The notes under the pieces: generated by a model
Database searches by the model: none
Told to the model about the DNA's origin: nothing
What the model saw: only the letters and a program-made list of their open reading frames with translations
Shown: piece by piece, positions 21,225-31,468 of the stretch
Numbering within the stretch: position 1 is the stretch's first letter
Layout of the letters: each line of letters starts with the position of its first letter
Position numbers and translations under genes: made by a program
Source of the DNA: Ahniella sp.
GTDB lineage: Bacteria; Pseudomonadota; Gammaproteobacteria; Xanthomonadales; Ahniellaceae
Length of the DNA: 64,000 bases
Direction of reading: 5' to 3'
NCBI GenBank assembly: GCA_016712105.1
Contig: JADJRU010000027.1
Coordinates: forward strand, 1 to 64,000

Positions 21225-22700
21225 GTGAGCGAAGAAATCCTGATCAACGTGACCCCGCGCGAAACCCGCGTGGCACTGATCGAAAACGGCATGTTGCAGG
21301 AGGTGTACGTAGAACGCACCTCCAAGCGTGGCTATTTCGGCAATATCTATAAGGGGCGCGTCCAGCGTGTGATGCCTGGCATGCAGGCCGCGTTTGTCGA
21401 GATCGGGCAGGAACGCGCCGCGTTTCTGCACGCTTCCGACATCCTGCGCAAACCCGATGCCGAACTGGACAACCCGGATGCGCCGCCAAGTGTCGTGCCC
21501 CGATCAATGAACTGGTGCACGAGGGCCAGGAAATCATCGTGCAGGTCATCAAGGACCCGATCGGCAGCAAAGGTGCACGGCTGACTTCGCACCTGTCCTT
21601 GCCGTCACGATATCTGGTCTTGCTGGCGACCAGCCGCACGATCGGCGTCTCGGCGCGTATCGAAGACGAGGCCGAGCGGACGCGGCTGCGCGATGCGATC
21701 CTTCAGATCGAGGCCGAACGCGAGCACGGTTACATCGTCCGCACGAACGCGGAAGGATTGCCCGCCGAGTCGCTGGGTGACGACATCAGTTACCTCAAGC
21801 GCGTCTGGCGAGCGGTCAATGCACGATTCACGAACGCACGCGTCGGCGATTGTGTGTATGAAGACTTGTCGTTGCCGCTCCGTTCCGTACGCGACCTGAT
21901 GCGCGCGAACATCGAAAAAGGTGCGCATCGATTCCCGCGAAACGTTTGAGCGAACGCTCAAGTTCGTCAACCAGTTCATGCCCAAAATGGTCGACCGCAT
22001 CGAGCACTATCCGGGCGAACGACCGATCTTCGACCTGTATGGTGTCGAAGACGAAATCCAGCGCGCCCTGAAAAAGGAAGTGCCTCTGAAGTCGGGTGGC
22101 TACCTGATCGTGGACCAGACCGAGGCGATGACCACGGTGGATGTGAATACCGGTGGTTTCCTCGGTACGCGCAACCTGGAAGAAACGGTCTACCGGACCA
22201 ACCTGGAAGCGGCGCAGGCGGTGGCACGGCAACTGCGTGTGCGAAATCTCGGTGGCATCATCATCATCGATTTCATCGATATGGTCGACGAAGAACACAA
22301 GCGCCAAGTTCTTCGCCAGCTTGAAAAGTCCTTGTCGCGCGATCACGCCAAGACCACGGTGTACGACATGTCGCCGCTTGGTCTGGTCGAAATGACACGC
22401 AAGCGAACGACTGAAAGCCTTGAGCGACTGCTGTGCGAGCCCTGTCCGACCTGTATTGGCCGGGGCTCCCTGAAAACCGCCGAAACGGTGTGCTACGAGA
22501 TCTTTCGCGAGATCACGCGCGCCGTCCGTCAATTCGACTGCGAAAAATTGCTGGTGCTCGCGGCGCCGAAAGTGGTGTCGCGTATCGTGGATGAGGAATC
22601 GGCGGCGGTCGCCGAGCTGGAAGAGTTCATTCGGAAGACCATCCGATTCCAGCCGGAGGATCAATACTCGCAAGAGCAGTATGACGTCGTTCTGTTGTGA
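21225..22700 (+). CDS. rng: ribonuclease G (RNase E/G family); two apparent frameshifts (about 21490 and about 21920)
   Basis: MSEEILINVTPRETRVALIENGMLQEVYVER (GTG start); continues through ORFs 21515..21949 and 21921..22700 (S1 domain, DNase I-like catalytic region ..GGIIIIDFIDM..). Confidence 0.85.
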
Positions 22701-22761
22701 TGGCGGCAGACTCCATGCGCGGCACTGAGGGTATCCGGCACCACGCCTGGGGTGGCCTGCC

Positions 22762-25700
22762 GTGAAGCGTTTGCGTGTCCGTCGTCTACGCTTCATGGTC
22801 TATGGCACGCTGGCCAGCTTGCTGATCGCCGCCGCTGCGTTCATGGGGCTCGCCGGTTTGGCGTTTCCGTGGGTGCTGGATCATCCGGAGCGCGTCGAGT
22901 CCTATCTCGCCGAGCGGCTGAATCGAGACGTGAAGTTCGGGCGACTGGGCGGCGTGTGGCAGCCCAACGGTCCGCTGTTCGTCATCGATAATCTTCGTAT
23001 TGGTGGCCCCGCGTCGGCGACTTCCGGTGCGGCCAGTGCCGAGCAAGGCCTGTCGATTCCGATGGCTGAATTGAAGATCGATTTCTACGCACCCTTCAAG
23101 CGTGGCGTCAGCTGGATGGAGTTGAGTATCGTCGGTGTGTCGATTGATCTCCACCGCGACGCGGCAGGTCGCTGGCAACTGCTGCAATGGCGCGACGAGA
23201 ACACCCAGCGCGCTCGGGATTTCGGTGAATTGGACCAACTTGGCAGCGTGCGGATCGTGCGCTCGACCATGAATATCCGGGATGATCTGCACGGACATTC
23301 GCTGGCGCTGAAGGAGATCGATATCGATCTTCTGCCCGGTACGCCGAAGAGTGTGATCCGGGGCCGGTTGACGATGAACGAAGCGATCGCTCCGGTGGTG
23401 TTCCGCTGCGAGGGGCGCAAGAGTTGGCAGCGTGTGGACTGTTACATCGAAGCACGACGGTTTGACCCGGCGGCCTGGACGGCGGGACTCAATCTGGCGG
23501 GGCTCAGGATCCGTCAGGGCGAGGGCAATCTGTCGGTCTGGATGGGGTTGCGCGAAGGCAAGGTGCAGCAGGCGCGGCTGGAATGGCAAATGAAGGAGCT
23601 GGTGCTGGCCGGGGAAAGGCCCGTGCAGATGCGACCAGACCTCGAAGTGGAACCTCGATTCAGCCTGGCTGTGTCGGAAGGATCGGTTCAATTCGAGTCC
23701 GATCGGGATGGCGAACGTTTGTTCCTGCTGGAAGGCGAGTCTCTTGAACAGGGGCCAAGCACACGCATCAATCTGGCACGCCAGGACGGCCGTACGGAAT
23801 TGCGCGCCGATCGTGTCGAATTGGGTCGCTTTGCGCGATTCGCGACCGTGCTCGAACCGATTTCGTCGCGACTGGCAGGATGGCTCTTTGAAGCCGATCC
23901 CCGCGGATCCCTGAAGCACCTGTCGATGTCGCTTGAAGGCGATCGCCTGCTGTCGATCAACGCCCGCGCCGCCGACCTGGGCATGCTCTCGACACGAAGT
24001 TCACCGGCACTGTCCGGTTTGGCGGGCACGATCCACGGCGACCAGGGCGCTGTTTTCTTCACTCTCGATTCGAATACTGCGAGTGCCATGGATTTTCCGC
24101 ATGTGTTCGGCCGCCGCGTTCCGGTGACGATTGAAGCATTGCGCGTGGCATTGATCCGCGATGACGAGATGGTGCGGATCGAGGCGTGGCCACTTCGACT
24201 CAAGGGCGAAGGTTTTGCACTGGCCGGGTTTGTCGCCAGCGAATTGCGAGCGGGCGCGCCGCCCCTGCTTGATCTGGGCATTGAGGTATTCCGCAGTGAC
24301 ATCCTGGCTGCCAAGGACTTCTGGCCGCTCAACACGACGTCACCAAAAACCGTGCAATGGCTCAACGAGGGTCTGAAGCGTGGGGTCATCGATGGCGGGC
24401 ACGCGCTGCTGCGTGGCTACCCGGCAAATTGGCCGTTTTCGGGGCAGGAAGGCCGATTCGAAGCGATCGCCTACCTGTCCGATGTCGACCTGCATTATGC
24501 CGAGGGCTGGCCGGATGGCTTGCTCAAAAAGGCCACGGCCCGATTCGTGAACAAGAGCATGCATGTCGACATCATCGAAGCGGATGTACTCGGTACCCGC
24601 GTATTTAATGGCGTCGGCGCCATTGCCGACATGAAGGACCCGATCCTCACGCTGGACACTCCTGCGGTGGGTCAGGGCGAGGCCCTGCTCGCATTGATCC
24701 GGCAAAGCCCGCTTTCGGTTCGTTTCGGCGAGCAGTTGGCCGGACTGCATGTCGGAGGGGTCGGCGAAATCGAACTGGCCATGGCGTTTCCCTTGCGCCC
24801 AGATCTGGGGGTGCCCACGGTCGATGGTCGGATCCGCTTGCGCCAGGCCGATCTGGTCGACGACAAGTGGCAGCTCAGTTTTGGCCAGGCGTTCGGGAAC
24901 ATCCGGTTTTCCGAATCCGGATTCAGTGCCGATGCATTACATGTCCTGCTCGGCGAAGATCTGGCGCAGTTGAGTATTGCAACGGGCAGCTTTGTTGCCG
25001 ATCCCGTGTTGAACCAGGCTGAGGCCAATCTGCAGGGTACATTCCCGATGGCGTCTGCCTTGGCAGGGTTTGCCGAGTTGAACAGGCTCTGGCCATACGT
25101 GCAGGGCAAGGCCGAGTGGGATCTGAACCTCAACGTGGCCAAGCCGATCGGAGATCAGCCTTCGAAGCGGACGCTTCGGATCACCAGCGATCTGCGTGGC
25201 ATCACCTTGGCGTTGCCGGCACCGCTGAGCAAGGACACGGAAACAGCGTTACCCATGAATCTTTCGCTCGGGTTGCCAACCAAAGGTGCCGCACTGGACC
25301 TCCAATTGGGCAAGTTGATGCAACTGAACGCGCGGCTGCCCGACGACACCACGCCGTTTGGCGGCGTCGTCGTGCTGGGCAGCGCCTTGCCGCAGTCCCT
25401 GCCGCAACACGGCTTGGTCGTGTCCGGCGATGTGCCGTCCGTGGATCTGGGGGGCTGGACTGCGTTGCTCGGCACCCTGGGTGATGGGGAAGGCACACAG
25501 AGCGAGCCGGCTGCGCAACCGATGCCCGTCCGGATCGACCTGCACGCTGCCGAGATGAACATGCTCGGCCGTGCCTTTGCCGATACCCAGTTGAAGGTGG
25601 GTTACGAAGACGAAAGCCTGCGACTCGATTTTTCCGGCCCGCAGATCGAAGGCAATTTCCTGTTGCCGAACCAGGAGCGTGATCGACGAGGGTTGACGGC

Positions 25701-26637
25701 TCGGTTTGATCGACTGCATTGGCCTGATGCCACCCCAACCGGCGGTGGTCCGGCCGGACCTGCCAGCACACTCGATCCAAAACGTTTGCCGCCGCTGCAC
25801 TTGTGGGTGCGCGATCTGAAACTGGGTGATTCACAGTTCGGCGAAGCCCGTATCGAAACCCGACCTGACGATCTGGGTATGCGGATCGATCAGTTTGATA
25901 CGCGAAGTCCGGTGCTCACCGTGCGCGGCAATGGCTGGTGGCGGCTGATGCCGGAAGGTGAGCGTGCCGGTCTCGACATCACGTTCAGCAGCGAGGATCT
26001 CGGCAAGATGCTGTCAACGCTCGGCTATTCGGGATTGGTTGACGGTGGACAAACCGTGGCGCGCCTCAGTGGCGATTGGGCGGGTTCGCCGGCACAGTTC
26101 CGGCTGGATCGACTGGATGGCGCGCTGACCGGTGAAGTGGGCCCCGGCCGGATTCTCGACGTGAACCCCGGTGCCGGTCGATTGTTCGGGTTGATCAACT
26201 TCGCTGCCATTCCGCGCCGGCTGACCCTCGACTTCCGTGATTTCTTCGAGAAGGGCATGGCGTTCGATTCGATCAAGGCTGGATTCCAGTTGAAGGATGG
26301 CGACGCGTTCACCGATGACCTGAGTATCCAGAGTCCCTCTGCGGAAATTCGCGTGAGCGGTCGCGCGGGTTTGCGGGCGCATGATTACGACCAGCGGATG
26401 GAAGTCCGTCCGCGTGTCGGTGGCAGCTTGCCGGTGGTCGGCGCGGTCGCGGCAGGGCCCGTCGGTGCGCTGGCCGGCGTCCTGGCACAAGGCATGTTGA
26501 AAAAGCCGCTCGACGAAATCGCCAGTGCGACGTATCTCGTACAAGGAACCTGGGACGAACCCAAAATCACCTTGCTTGCGAAAACGAAGCCCGAATCCAG
26601 ACAAAAACCCGCACCCGCCACCACACCTGAGCAGTAA
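22762..26637 (+). CDS. yhdP: YhdP-family (AsmA2/DUF3971) large envelope protein
   Basis: Intact 1291-aa ORF with N-terminal TM helix; conserved position downstream of rng as in E. coli rng-yhdP. Confidence 0.8.
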   Translation: MKRLRVRRLRFMVYGTLASLLIAAAAFMGLAGLAFPWVLDHPERVESYLAERLNRDVKFGRLGGVWQPNGPLFVIDNLRIGGPASATSGAASAEQGLSIPMAELKIDFYAPFKRGVSWMELSIVGVSIDLHRDAAGRWQLLQWRDENTQRARDFGELDQLGSVRIVRSTMNIRDDLHGHSLALKEIDIDLLPGTPKSVIRGRLTMNEAIAPVVFRCEGRKSWQRVDCYIEARRFDPAAWTAGLNLAGLRIRQGEGNLSVWMGLREGKVQQARLEWQMKELVLAGERPVQMRPDLEVEPRFSLAVSEGSVQFESDRDGERLFLLEGESLEQGPSTRINLARQDGRTELRADRVELGRFARFATVLEPISSRLAGWLFEADPRGSLKHLSMSLEGDRLLSINARAADLGMLSTRSSPALSGLAGTIHGDQGAVFFTLDSNTASAMDFPHVFGRRVPVTIEALRVALIRDDEMVRIEAWPLRLKGEGFALAGFVASELRAGAPPLLDLGIEVFRSDILAAKDFWPLNTTSPKTVQWLNEGLKRGVIDGGHALLRGYPANWPFSGQEGRFEAIAYLSDVDLHYAEGWPDGLLKKATARFVNKSMHVDIIEADVLGTRVFNGVGAIADMKDPILTLDTPAVGQGEALLALIRQSPLSVRFGEQLAGLHVGGVGEIELAMAFPLRPDLGVPTVDGRIRLRQADLVDDKWQLSFGQAFGNIRFSESGFSADALHVLLGEDLAQLSIATGSFVADPVLNQAEANLQGTFPMASALAGFAELNRLWPYVQGKAEWDLNLNVAKPIGDQPSKRTLRITSDLRGITLALPAPLSKDTETALPMNLSLGLPTKGAALDLQLGKLMQLNARLPDDTTPFGGVVVLGSALPQSLPQHGLVVSGDVPSVDLGGWTALLGTLGDGEGTQSEPAAQPMPVRIDLHAAEMNMLGRAFADTQLKVGYEDESLRLDFSGPQIEGNFLLPNQERDRRGLTARFDRLHWPDATPTGGGPAGPASTLDPKRLPPLHLWVRDLKLGDSQFGEARIETRPDDLGMRIDQFDTRSPVLTVRGNGWWRLMPEGERAGLDITFSSEDLGKMLSTLGYSGLVDGGQTVARLSGDWAGSPAQFRLDRLDGALTGEVGPGRILDVNPGAGRLFGLINFAAIPRRLTLDFRDFFEKGMAFDSIKAGFQLKDGDAFTDDLSIQSPSAEIRVSGRAGLRAHDYDQRMEVRPRVGGSLPVVGAVAAGPVGALAGVLAQGMLKKPLDEIASATYLVQGTWDEPKITLLAKTKPESRQKPAPATTPEQ

Positions 26638-26740
26638 ACACAGACACACGGGCCGTGTGCCGCGGCCCGCAAAGGCGAGTCGCAAATCACTCGATCTCCG
26701 GTTTACAATCCGGGCGCGCACATCACTTGGGAGGCGCGCC

Positions 26741-29131
26741 ATGGCAAAACGCATTTTGGCGAGGACGACTGCGGCTTCAGCACTGAACGCCGAGACACCG
26801 GTTCAAACGGTGGTTTATATCCACGGCATCAACAATCACCCTGATGAACCTGAACTCAAACGAATCTGGGACACAACCCTGTTCGGGCACCCGATGGGTG
26901 AACGCACCCGAATGGCATGGTGGGTTGATCGCACGCGTTATCCCACACCTCCGCAAGACGAGGACGCTGAGCCATTGCAGCGGCAGTCGCTGGCTTCCGG
27001 CGTGCGGAGTCTCGGGTCTGGTGCGCTGGACCCGTTTCGCGCCACGTCCAGCGAGCCTTTGATTCAAAGTCTGACGGACGATGCCGGCGAGCAAGCCTGG
27101 TTGCGAAGTCTTGATCAGGGCCTGGCCGCGAACGCGCGCAAGAAATCCTTGGGTCTGGCCATGGCACCCAGTGCTCAGGGTATCGACGACGCGGCATGGC
27201 GATCGGGTAGCTGGCTGGTCACCCGTTTGTTTCTCGCTGACGTGTACGACTTCTTCTTCGACGAGGCACGCCGGCAGCGGATGCGGCAGATTTTCCGAAA
27301 CCGTCTGACGTTCGCCGGGCCGCTGGTCGTTGTGGCACACAGCCAGGGCACGATGATCGCTTACGACGTACTGCGTGAACTGAAAGCCGCAGACTGTGAC
27401 GTGCGCTTGTTCGTCACCTGCGGGTCGCCGCTCGGTTTGCCGCCGGTGCGCGAGCGATTCGAAAAATGGACGGGCAAGAAGAAATTGCCGTGGCCGGAAT
27501 GTGTGCAACGTTGGGTCAACGTAGCGCGCCCTGGTGACGTGGTCTGTTCAGACCTGACTTTGGCGGATGAAGTGGCCGCGCCGGCCGGCAAACGAGTCGA
27601 AGATCATCAGGTCGGGAAACGGCGAGATCCGCATGCCATTCGGGGTTATCTGGCTGAAGAAGTGTTGCGGCGGTCGGTGTCGGACCAGGTCGGCAGCGCT
27701 TTCCGGCAAGAACTGGCGCAACGCCTGGTGGTTGCTGGGGACCTCATCCGTCAGGTTGAAGCGGGGGATGAAGGAGAACGTTTTCCGGTCCTGATCGAGT
27801 TGGCCGAGTTTCAGAATGCGGACAAGCAGGTCGCGGTGCCGCGTACAGCGGATACGGCTCGCAAGGAAGTGGTCAGCGCGCTGAACGCTGTCGCCGAGGC
27901 AGGGGCGGGCGCGAACCTGTCGCTCGATCACACCGAGCGTTATGTCTCGGCGCGCCTCACACGTCGAGAGATCGAGCATCTTCGCGCTTGGGCCATTGAA
28001 CGGGGCGTGGCGTTGCCGGTGCAGCGCATCTGGCGTAACGCCATCAAACGTGCGCTGGTGGGTCAAAGCATCGACACGATTCAGGCCCGTTCGGCACAGC
28101 AGGCCTATGCCGCGTCCGGACAGACAATCGGTGTGGCGGTGTTGGATACCGGCATTGATGGCGGCCACCCGCACTTTCGCGAGCACCAGAACGTCGCCGC
28201 ACAATTCGACTGCACCAAGTCAGGTGTGCCGAAACCACTGGCCCTGGACGCACATTCGGATGCGAACGGGCACGGTACACACGTCGCCGGGATCATCGCC
28301 GGTGAACTGCTGGTAGCGGGTCCCGAATCGAAGCCAGCCAAGCCGAAGTCGGACGAGGTACCCACACGACTGGTCGGCATGGCGCCAAAAGCAAAGCTCC
28401 ACATCTACAAAGTCTTGAAGGACGATGGGTTTGGCGAAGACCTGTTTATCGTCAAGGCACTGGATCACATTGCGCGTTTGAATCAGGAAGCCGGCAAGTT
28501 GGTGATCCAGGTCGTCAATCTGAGTCTCGGGGGACCGTTTGATCCTTCCGTGTTCGGGTGCGGACACACGCCCTTGTGTAATGAGTTGCGCCGACTGTGG
28601 GCACAGGGAGTCGTGGTGGTCATCGCGGCTGGCAACGAAGGGTTTCAGGTGCTGGCGACGGCCGATGGGTACGAAGCGCATGCCAACCTCGATCTATCGA
28701 TCGGTGATCCGGCCAATCTTGAGGAAGCCATTGCCGTGGGCTCCGTGCATCGCGATCGACCGCACACGTACGGGATCAGTTACTTCTCGTCTCGTGGCCC
28801 GACCGCCGATGGGCGCATCAAGCCGGATGTCGTGGCGCCCGGAGAGAAAATCATCTCGGCGCGCGCCAGAGCGGCCGACGAAAAAATGTTCAAGCCCGGC
28901 AAGGTGTTGCCGAAACTGGAAGACCTTTATGTCGGCATGAGTGGCACCAGCATGGCTGCGCCTCATGTCGCCGGCGCGGTCGCAGCGTTCCTGTCGATCC
29001 GTCGGGAGTTCATTGGTCAACCGGATCGGGTGAAACGTCTGCTGATGCAGCACTGCACCGACCTGGGTCGGGATCGGTATTTCCAGGGAGCTGGATTGAT
29101 CAACGTGACCAGAATGTTGGCGGGGAGTTGA
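26741..29131 (+). CDS. two-domain protein: N-terminal lipase-like alpha/beta hydrolase plus C-terminal subtilisin-like (S8) serine peptidase; no signal peptide
   Basis: N-terminal VVYIHGINNHPDE..VVVAHSQGTMIAYDVL (GxSxG)..VTCGSPLG; C-terminal VAVLDTGID (Asp), HGTHVAGIIAG (His), GTSMAAPHVAGAVAA (Ser); GGGAGG RBS before ATG 26741. Confidence 0.75.
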   Translation: MAKRILARTTAASALNAETPVQTVVYIHGINNHPDEPELKRIWDTTLFGHPMGERTRMAWWVDRTRYPTPPQDEDAEPLQRQSLASGVRSLGSGALDPFRATSSEPLIQSLTDDAGEQAWLRSLDQGLAANARKKSLGLAMAPSAQGIDDAAWRSGSWLVTRLFLADVYDFFFDEARRQRMRQIFRNRLTFAGPLVVVAHSQGTMIAYDVLRELKAADCDVRLFVTCGSPLGLPPVRERFEKWTGKKKLPWPECVQRWVNVARPGDVVCSDLTLADEVAAPAGKRVEDHQVGKRRDPHAIRGYLAEEVLRRSVSDQVGSAFRQELAQRLVVAGDLIRQVEAGDEGERFPVLIELAEFQNADKQVAVPRTADTARKEVVSALNAVAEAGAGANLSLDHTERYVSARLTRREIEHLRAWAIERGVALPVQRIWRNAIKRALVGQSIDTIQARSAQQAYAASGQTIGVAVLDTGIDGGHPHFREHQNVAAQFDCTKSGVPKPLALDAHSDANGHGTHVAGIIAGELLVAGPESKPAKPKSDEVPTRLVGMAPKAKLHIYKVLKDDGFGEDLFIVKALDHIARLNQEAGKLVIQVVNLSLGGPFDPSVFGCGHTPLCNELRRLWAQGVVVVIAAGNEGFQVLATADGYEAHANLDLSIGDPANLEEAIAVGSVHRDRPHTYGISYFSSRGPTADGRIKPDVVAPGEKIISARARAADEKMFKPGKVLPKLEDLYVGMSGTSMAAPHVAGAVAAFLSIRREFIGQPDRVKRLLMQHCTDLGRDRYFQGAGLINVTRMLAGS

Positions 29132-29230
29132 GCACTGGACATGCGTCCGGATTGCCGTGCGCCGGCGAGAATCCACTGGCTATTCATGATTCAACGGGTG
29201 TGTCACCGACAATGACTGCATGAACATGAA

Positions 29231-29255
29231 CGCCGGGGGCCCCATTGCCCCCGGC
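29231..29255. terminator. bidirectional terminator hairpin between the convergent S8-fusion and SPFH genes
   Basis: gccgggggccccattgcccccggcg in the 130-nt convergent intergenic region. Confidence 0.6.
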
Positions 29256-29261
29256 GTGCCT

Positions 29262-30401
29262 CTACTTCAGGCTGATCAACTGCTTCATGACACCTTCGAG
29301 TCCGCCGAAAACCGTCAAGCGGTCGATCTTCTCGGTGACCTTTTCCAAGGTCTCCAATTCCTTCAACCGCAACAGCACCGGGTTGTCCTCGAGCAACTTC
29401 GCGGTGTTCAGCAAGTTGCGCGTGGCGGCGGTTTCCTCGCGTCGCTTGATCAGGTTGGCCTGCGCCGCTTTTTCGGCTTCGACCACCTGGTTCATCAAGG
29501 CCTTCATTTCACCCGGCAAGATCACGTCCTTGACGCCGGCATTGATCAGTTCGACGCCGATCAAGGCGAGACGCGGGGCGGCATAACCGAGGATCGCCTC
29601 GTCGAGTTCGCCCTTGTTCGCGAGCAGGGTGTCGAGCGTGCGGGTGCCAACCGCCTGCCGCAAACCGAACTGCAGTTCGCGATAGACCGCGTCCTTCCAA
29701 TCAACGACCGCGCTTCGCATTCGCAATACATCGGCGATCCGGAAGCTGGCGGCGACGTTCAGGCGCAAGCTCACTTTGTCCTTGGTCAGGATTTCCTGAC
29801 CCTGGACATCCATGGCCTGAGCCCGCACATCGACCACATCGACCGTCAACATTCGGCCCAACTTCCAGAAGCCGTGCAAACCCGGCTTCAGGACTTCGGT
29901 AACCTGACCATTCACGACGAGCAAGCCGACGGCCGATTCCGGCACTTCCTTCAGGACAACCGCGCTGGTCATTTCGGCCAGCAATTTCGCGTTCTGCGGC
30001 TGGATCAAGGTTGCGATCAATGCCGCATCCATTCGGAAGTTGTCACCAAGCGACTGGCGCTTGACCTCGATGCGCCAAGGCGCCCGCCAGTAGTGCTTGC
30101 GCGCTCCGGGCGCCAACATGCCGACCAAACGGTCCTCACGGTAGACCAAGCCAACTTCGGTAGCGCCGATATCGACTTGTTCGACATGCGGAGCCAACAC
30201 GTTGCCGGCCGTGGTCATCAGGAAATCCGCGTTCGGCACCGTGAACTCGCCGTTGCCGACGGAAATCAGGTCAATGCGCAGTTCGCCACCCCATCCGAAA
30301 AGGCGGTGTTTGCCTGGCTGGAGAATCGCCTTCAGTTCGCCGTTCACGAACTTCAGGCCTCGCTGGGTCGGGTCGATCATCAATCGCTTGAAGTACAACA
30401 T
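29262..30401 (-). CDS. SPFH/band-7 (flotillin/YqiK-like) protein with coiled-coil C-terminus; no obvious N-terminal TM segment
   Basis: MLYFKRLMIDPTQRGLKFVNGELKAILQPGKHRLF..; SPFH core ..ILTKDKVSLRLNVAASFRIADVLRMRS..; AAGGAG RBS 7 nt before the ATG. Confidence 0.8.
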   Translation of the reverse strand: MLYFKRLMIDPTQRGLKFVNGELKAILQPGKHRLFGWGGELRIDLISVGNGEFTVPNADFLMTTAGNVLAPHVEQVDIGATEVGLVYREDRLVGMLAPGARKHYWRAPWRIEVKRQSLGDNFRMDAALIATLIQPQNAKLLAEMTSAVVLKEVPESAVGLLVVNGQVTEVLKPGLHGFWKLGRMLTVDVVDVRAQAMDVQGQEILTKDKVSLRLNVAASFRIADVLRMRSAVVDWKDAVYRELQFGLRQAVGTRTLDTLLANKGELDEAILGYAAPRLALIGVELINAGVKDVILPGEMKALMNQVVEAEKAAQANLIKRREETAATRNLLNTAKLLEDNPVLLRLKELETLEKVTEKIDRLTVFGGLEGVMKQLISLK

Positions 30402-30467
30402 GGTGGTCTCCTTCTTCTTGTTGAGCCGCACGTGCCACCCACGCCGGTCTTGGGATACAGCACCTGA

Positions 30468-30640
30468 TGGCGCTGCGACGTTGTCTAAACCTAGCCCTCC
30501 CCATGTTGGGGGGGGTTGGGAGGGGTTGGCTTCGGCTCCCCTGAAGCAGGCGTGGTCTCAAATATGCGTTGTGTTGCATCGACCGGTTGAGACCGCCGCC
30601 ACGAAGTTGTAGGTCCGGGGCCTCGCACCGATCAGTCGCG
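30468..30640. repeat. composite REP/MITE-like intergenic repeat locus 2 (modules D-B variant-C)
   Basis: ..gcgacgttgtctaaacctagccctccccatgttggggggggttgggaggggttgg.. and gtggtctcaaatatgcgttgtgttgcatcgaccggttgagaccgccgcc, shared with locus 3 (37050-37190). Confidence 0.7.
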
Positions 30641-30861
30641 GGCGAAGATCGTGCGATGCGAAACGTGGCCTGGCATGCCGTGGCGCGCAACGATGAACAG
30701 CGTCGGTGCGTGGCTCGGGTGCGCGGTCATCGCGTTACATGGCACGGGTTCAACGCGCAGGGCGCTGCCCGGCTGTGTTGGCGAATTCGTTGTTCTGAAT
30801 TCGCAACACGGCGATTTCCCGGATGGGCAATTGCTTGCCCGGTTTTGCTCACCGTATGAGG

Positions 30862-30934
30862 GTGTTGGAGCGGGACTCGAACCCGCACGCTCGATTAACT
30901 GTCGAGTGCTCAACCAATGAGCTTCCAGTGGCGC
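30862..30934 (-). pseudogene. tRNA-derived remnant (D-arm, GTT/Asn-like anticodon arm with A33, T-arm; acceptor stem does not pair)
   Basis: Minus-strand reading ..GCTCATTGGTTGAGCACTCGACAGTTAATCGAGCGTGCGGGTTCGAGTCCCGCTCCAACA; the 5' acceptor strand is replaced by the 3' end of the adjacent tRNA-like element. Confidence 0.55.
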
Positions 30935-30997
30935 TGACCATGGGGATCGAACCCATCTTGCCGTTGCCGGTGCTTCACCATGAAGCAGGATCAGCCT
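30931..30997 (-). pseudogene. tRNA-like element (67 nt) with pairing acceptor stem, D-arm, T-arm and CCA but a truncated or absent anticodon arm
   Basis: GCTGATCCTGCTTCATGGTGAAGCACCGGCAACGGCAAGATGGGTTCGATCCCCATGGTCAGCGCCA (minus strand); only about 14 nt between the D-arm and T-stem. Confidence 0.5.
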
Positions 30998-31177
30998 TTG
31001 AAGCCAGGTTGTTGACCATGCCGAGGTACGGCAGACGGCAGAGCCGATGCCGCCAGACCGCAAGAATGCGGCTATCGCGACAGCCTGATCACCAACAGGG
31101 CCTGGGGGACGGACGCAGCTGCTGCAGCAGGCCGAAAACTTGAGGAGCGCAGGTAAGCGGGCTCCGAAACGCAGACA

Positions 31178-31201
31178 CAAAAAAACCCGCTGCCTGCGGG
31201 T
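31178..31201 (-). terminator. rho-independent terminator (minus strand) downstream of the transporter gene
   Basis: Minus strand reads gaagacacgacaacccgcaggcagcgggttttttt. Confidence 0.6.
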
Positions 31202-31468
31202 TGTCGTGTCTTCAACGACGCAGGCGACTCGCCTGCATATGCGGCGACGTCAGAGGGAAGTGGCGAACGTGCGGATTGCGCACGCATCACCGTGACCGAA
31301 GTACGGTCCCTTGTGATTCAGCGATGGCAGATTCGAACGAAGCATGATGACTCGACCGCAGACGGGATGCCTGCACAGGGCGCGCATCATATGCATTCGC
31401 ACGCACATGTCAACAGTCAGATTGAACGGACCGACGAACGGCAAGACGCGAACGATCGAAGGAAAAAG

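Noticed and set aside
22786-23919. 377-aa minus-strand ORF inside yhdP
   Set aside because: Antisense to the intact yhdP ORF; low-complexity R/H/Q-rich translation.
30862-30997. Functional tRNA-Asn and a second tRNA
   Set aside because: The acceptor stem of the Asn-like element does not pair and the second element lacks an anticodon arm; called as remnants or pseudo-tRNAs instead.
29132-31468. Integrative mobile element (integrase or transposase) associated with the tRNA remnants
   Set aside because: No integrase, transposase, relaxase or phage gene is present anywhere in the window; only indirect scars (tRNA fragments, repeats).
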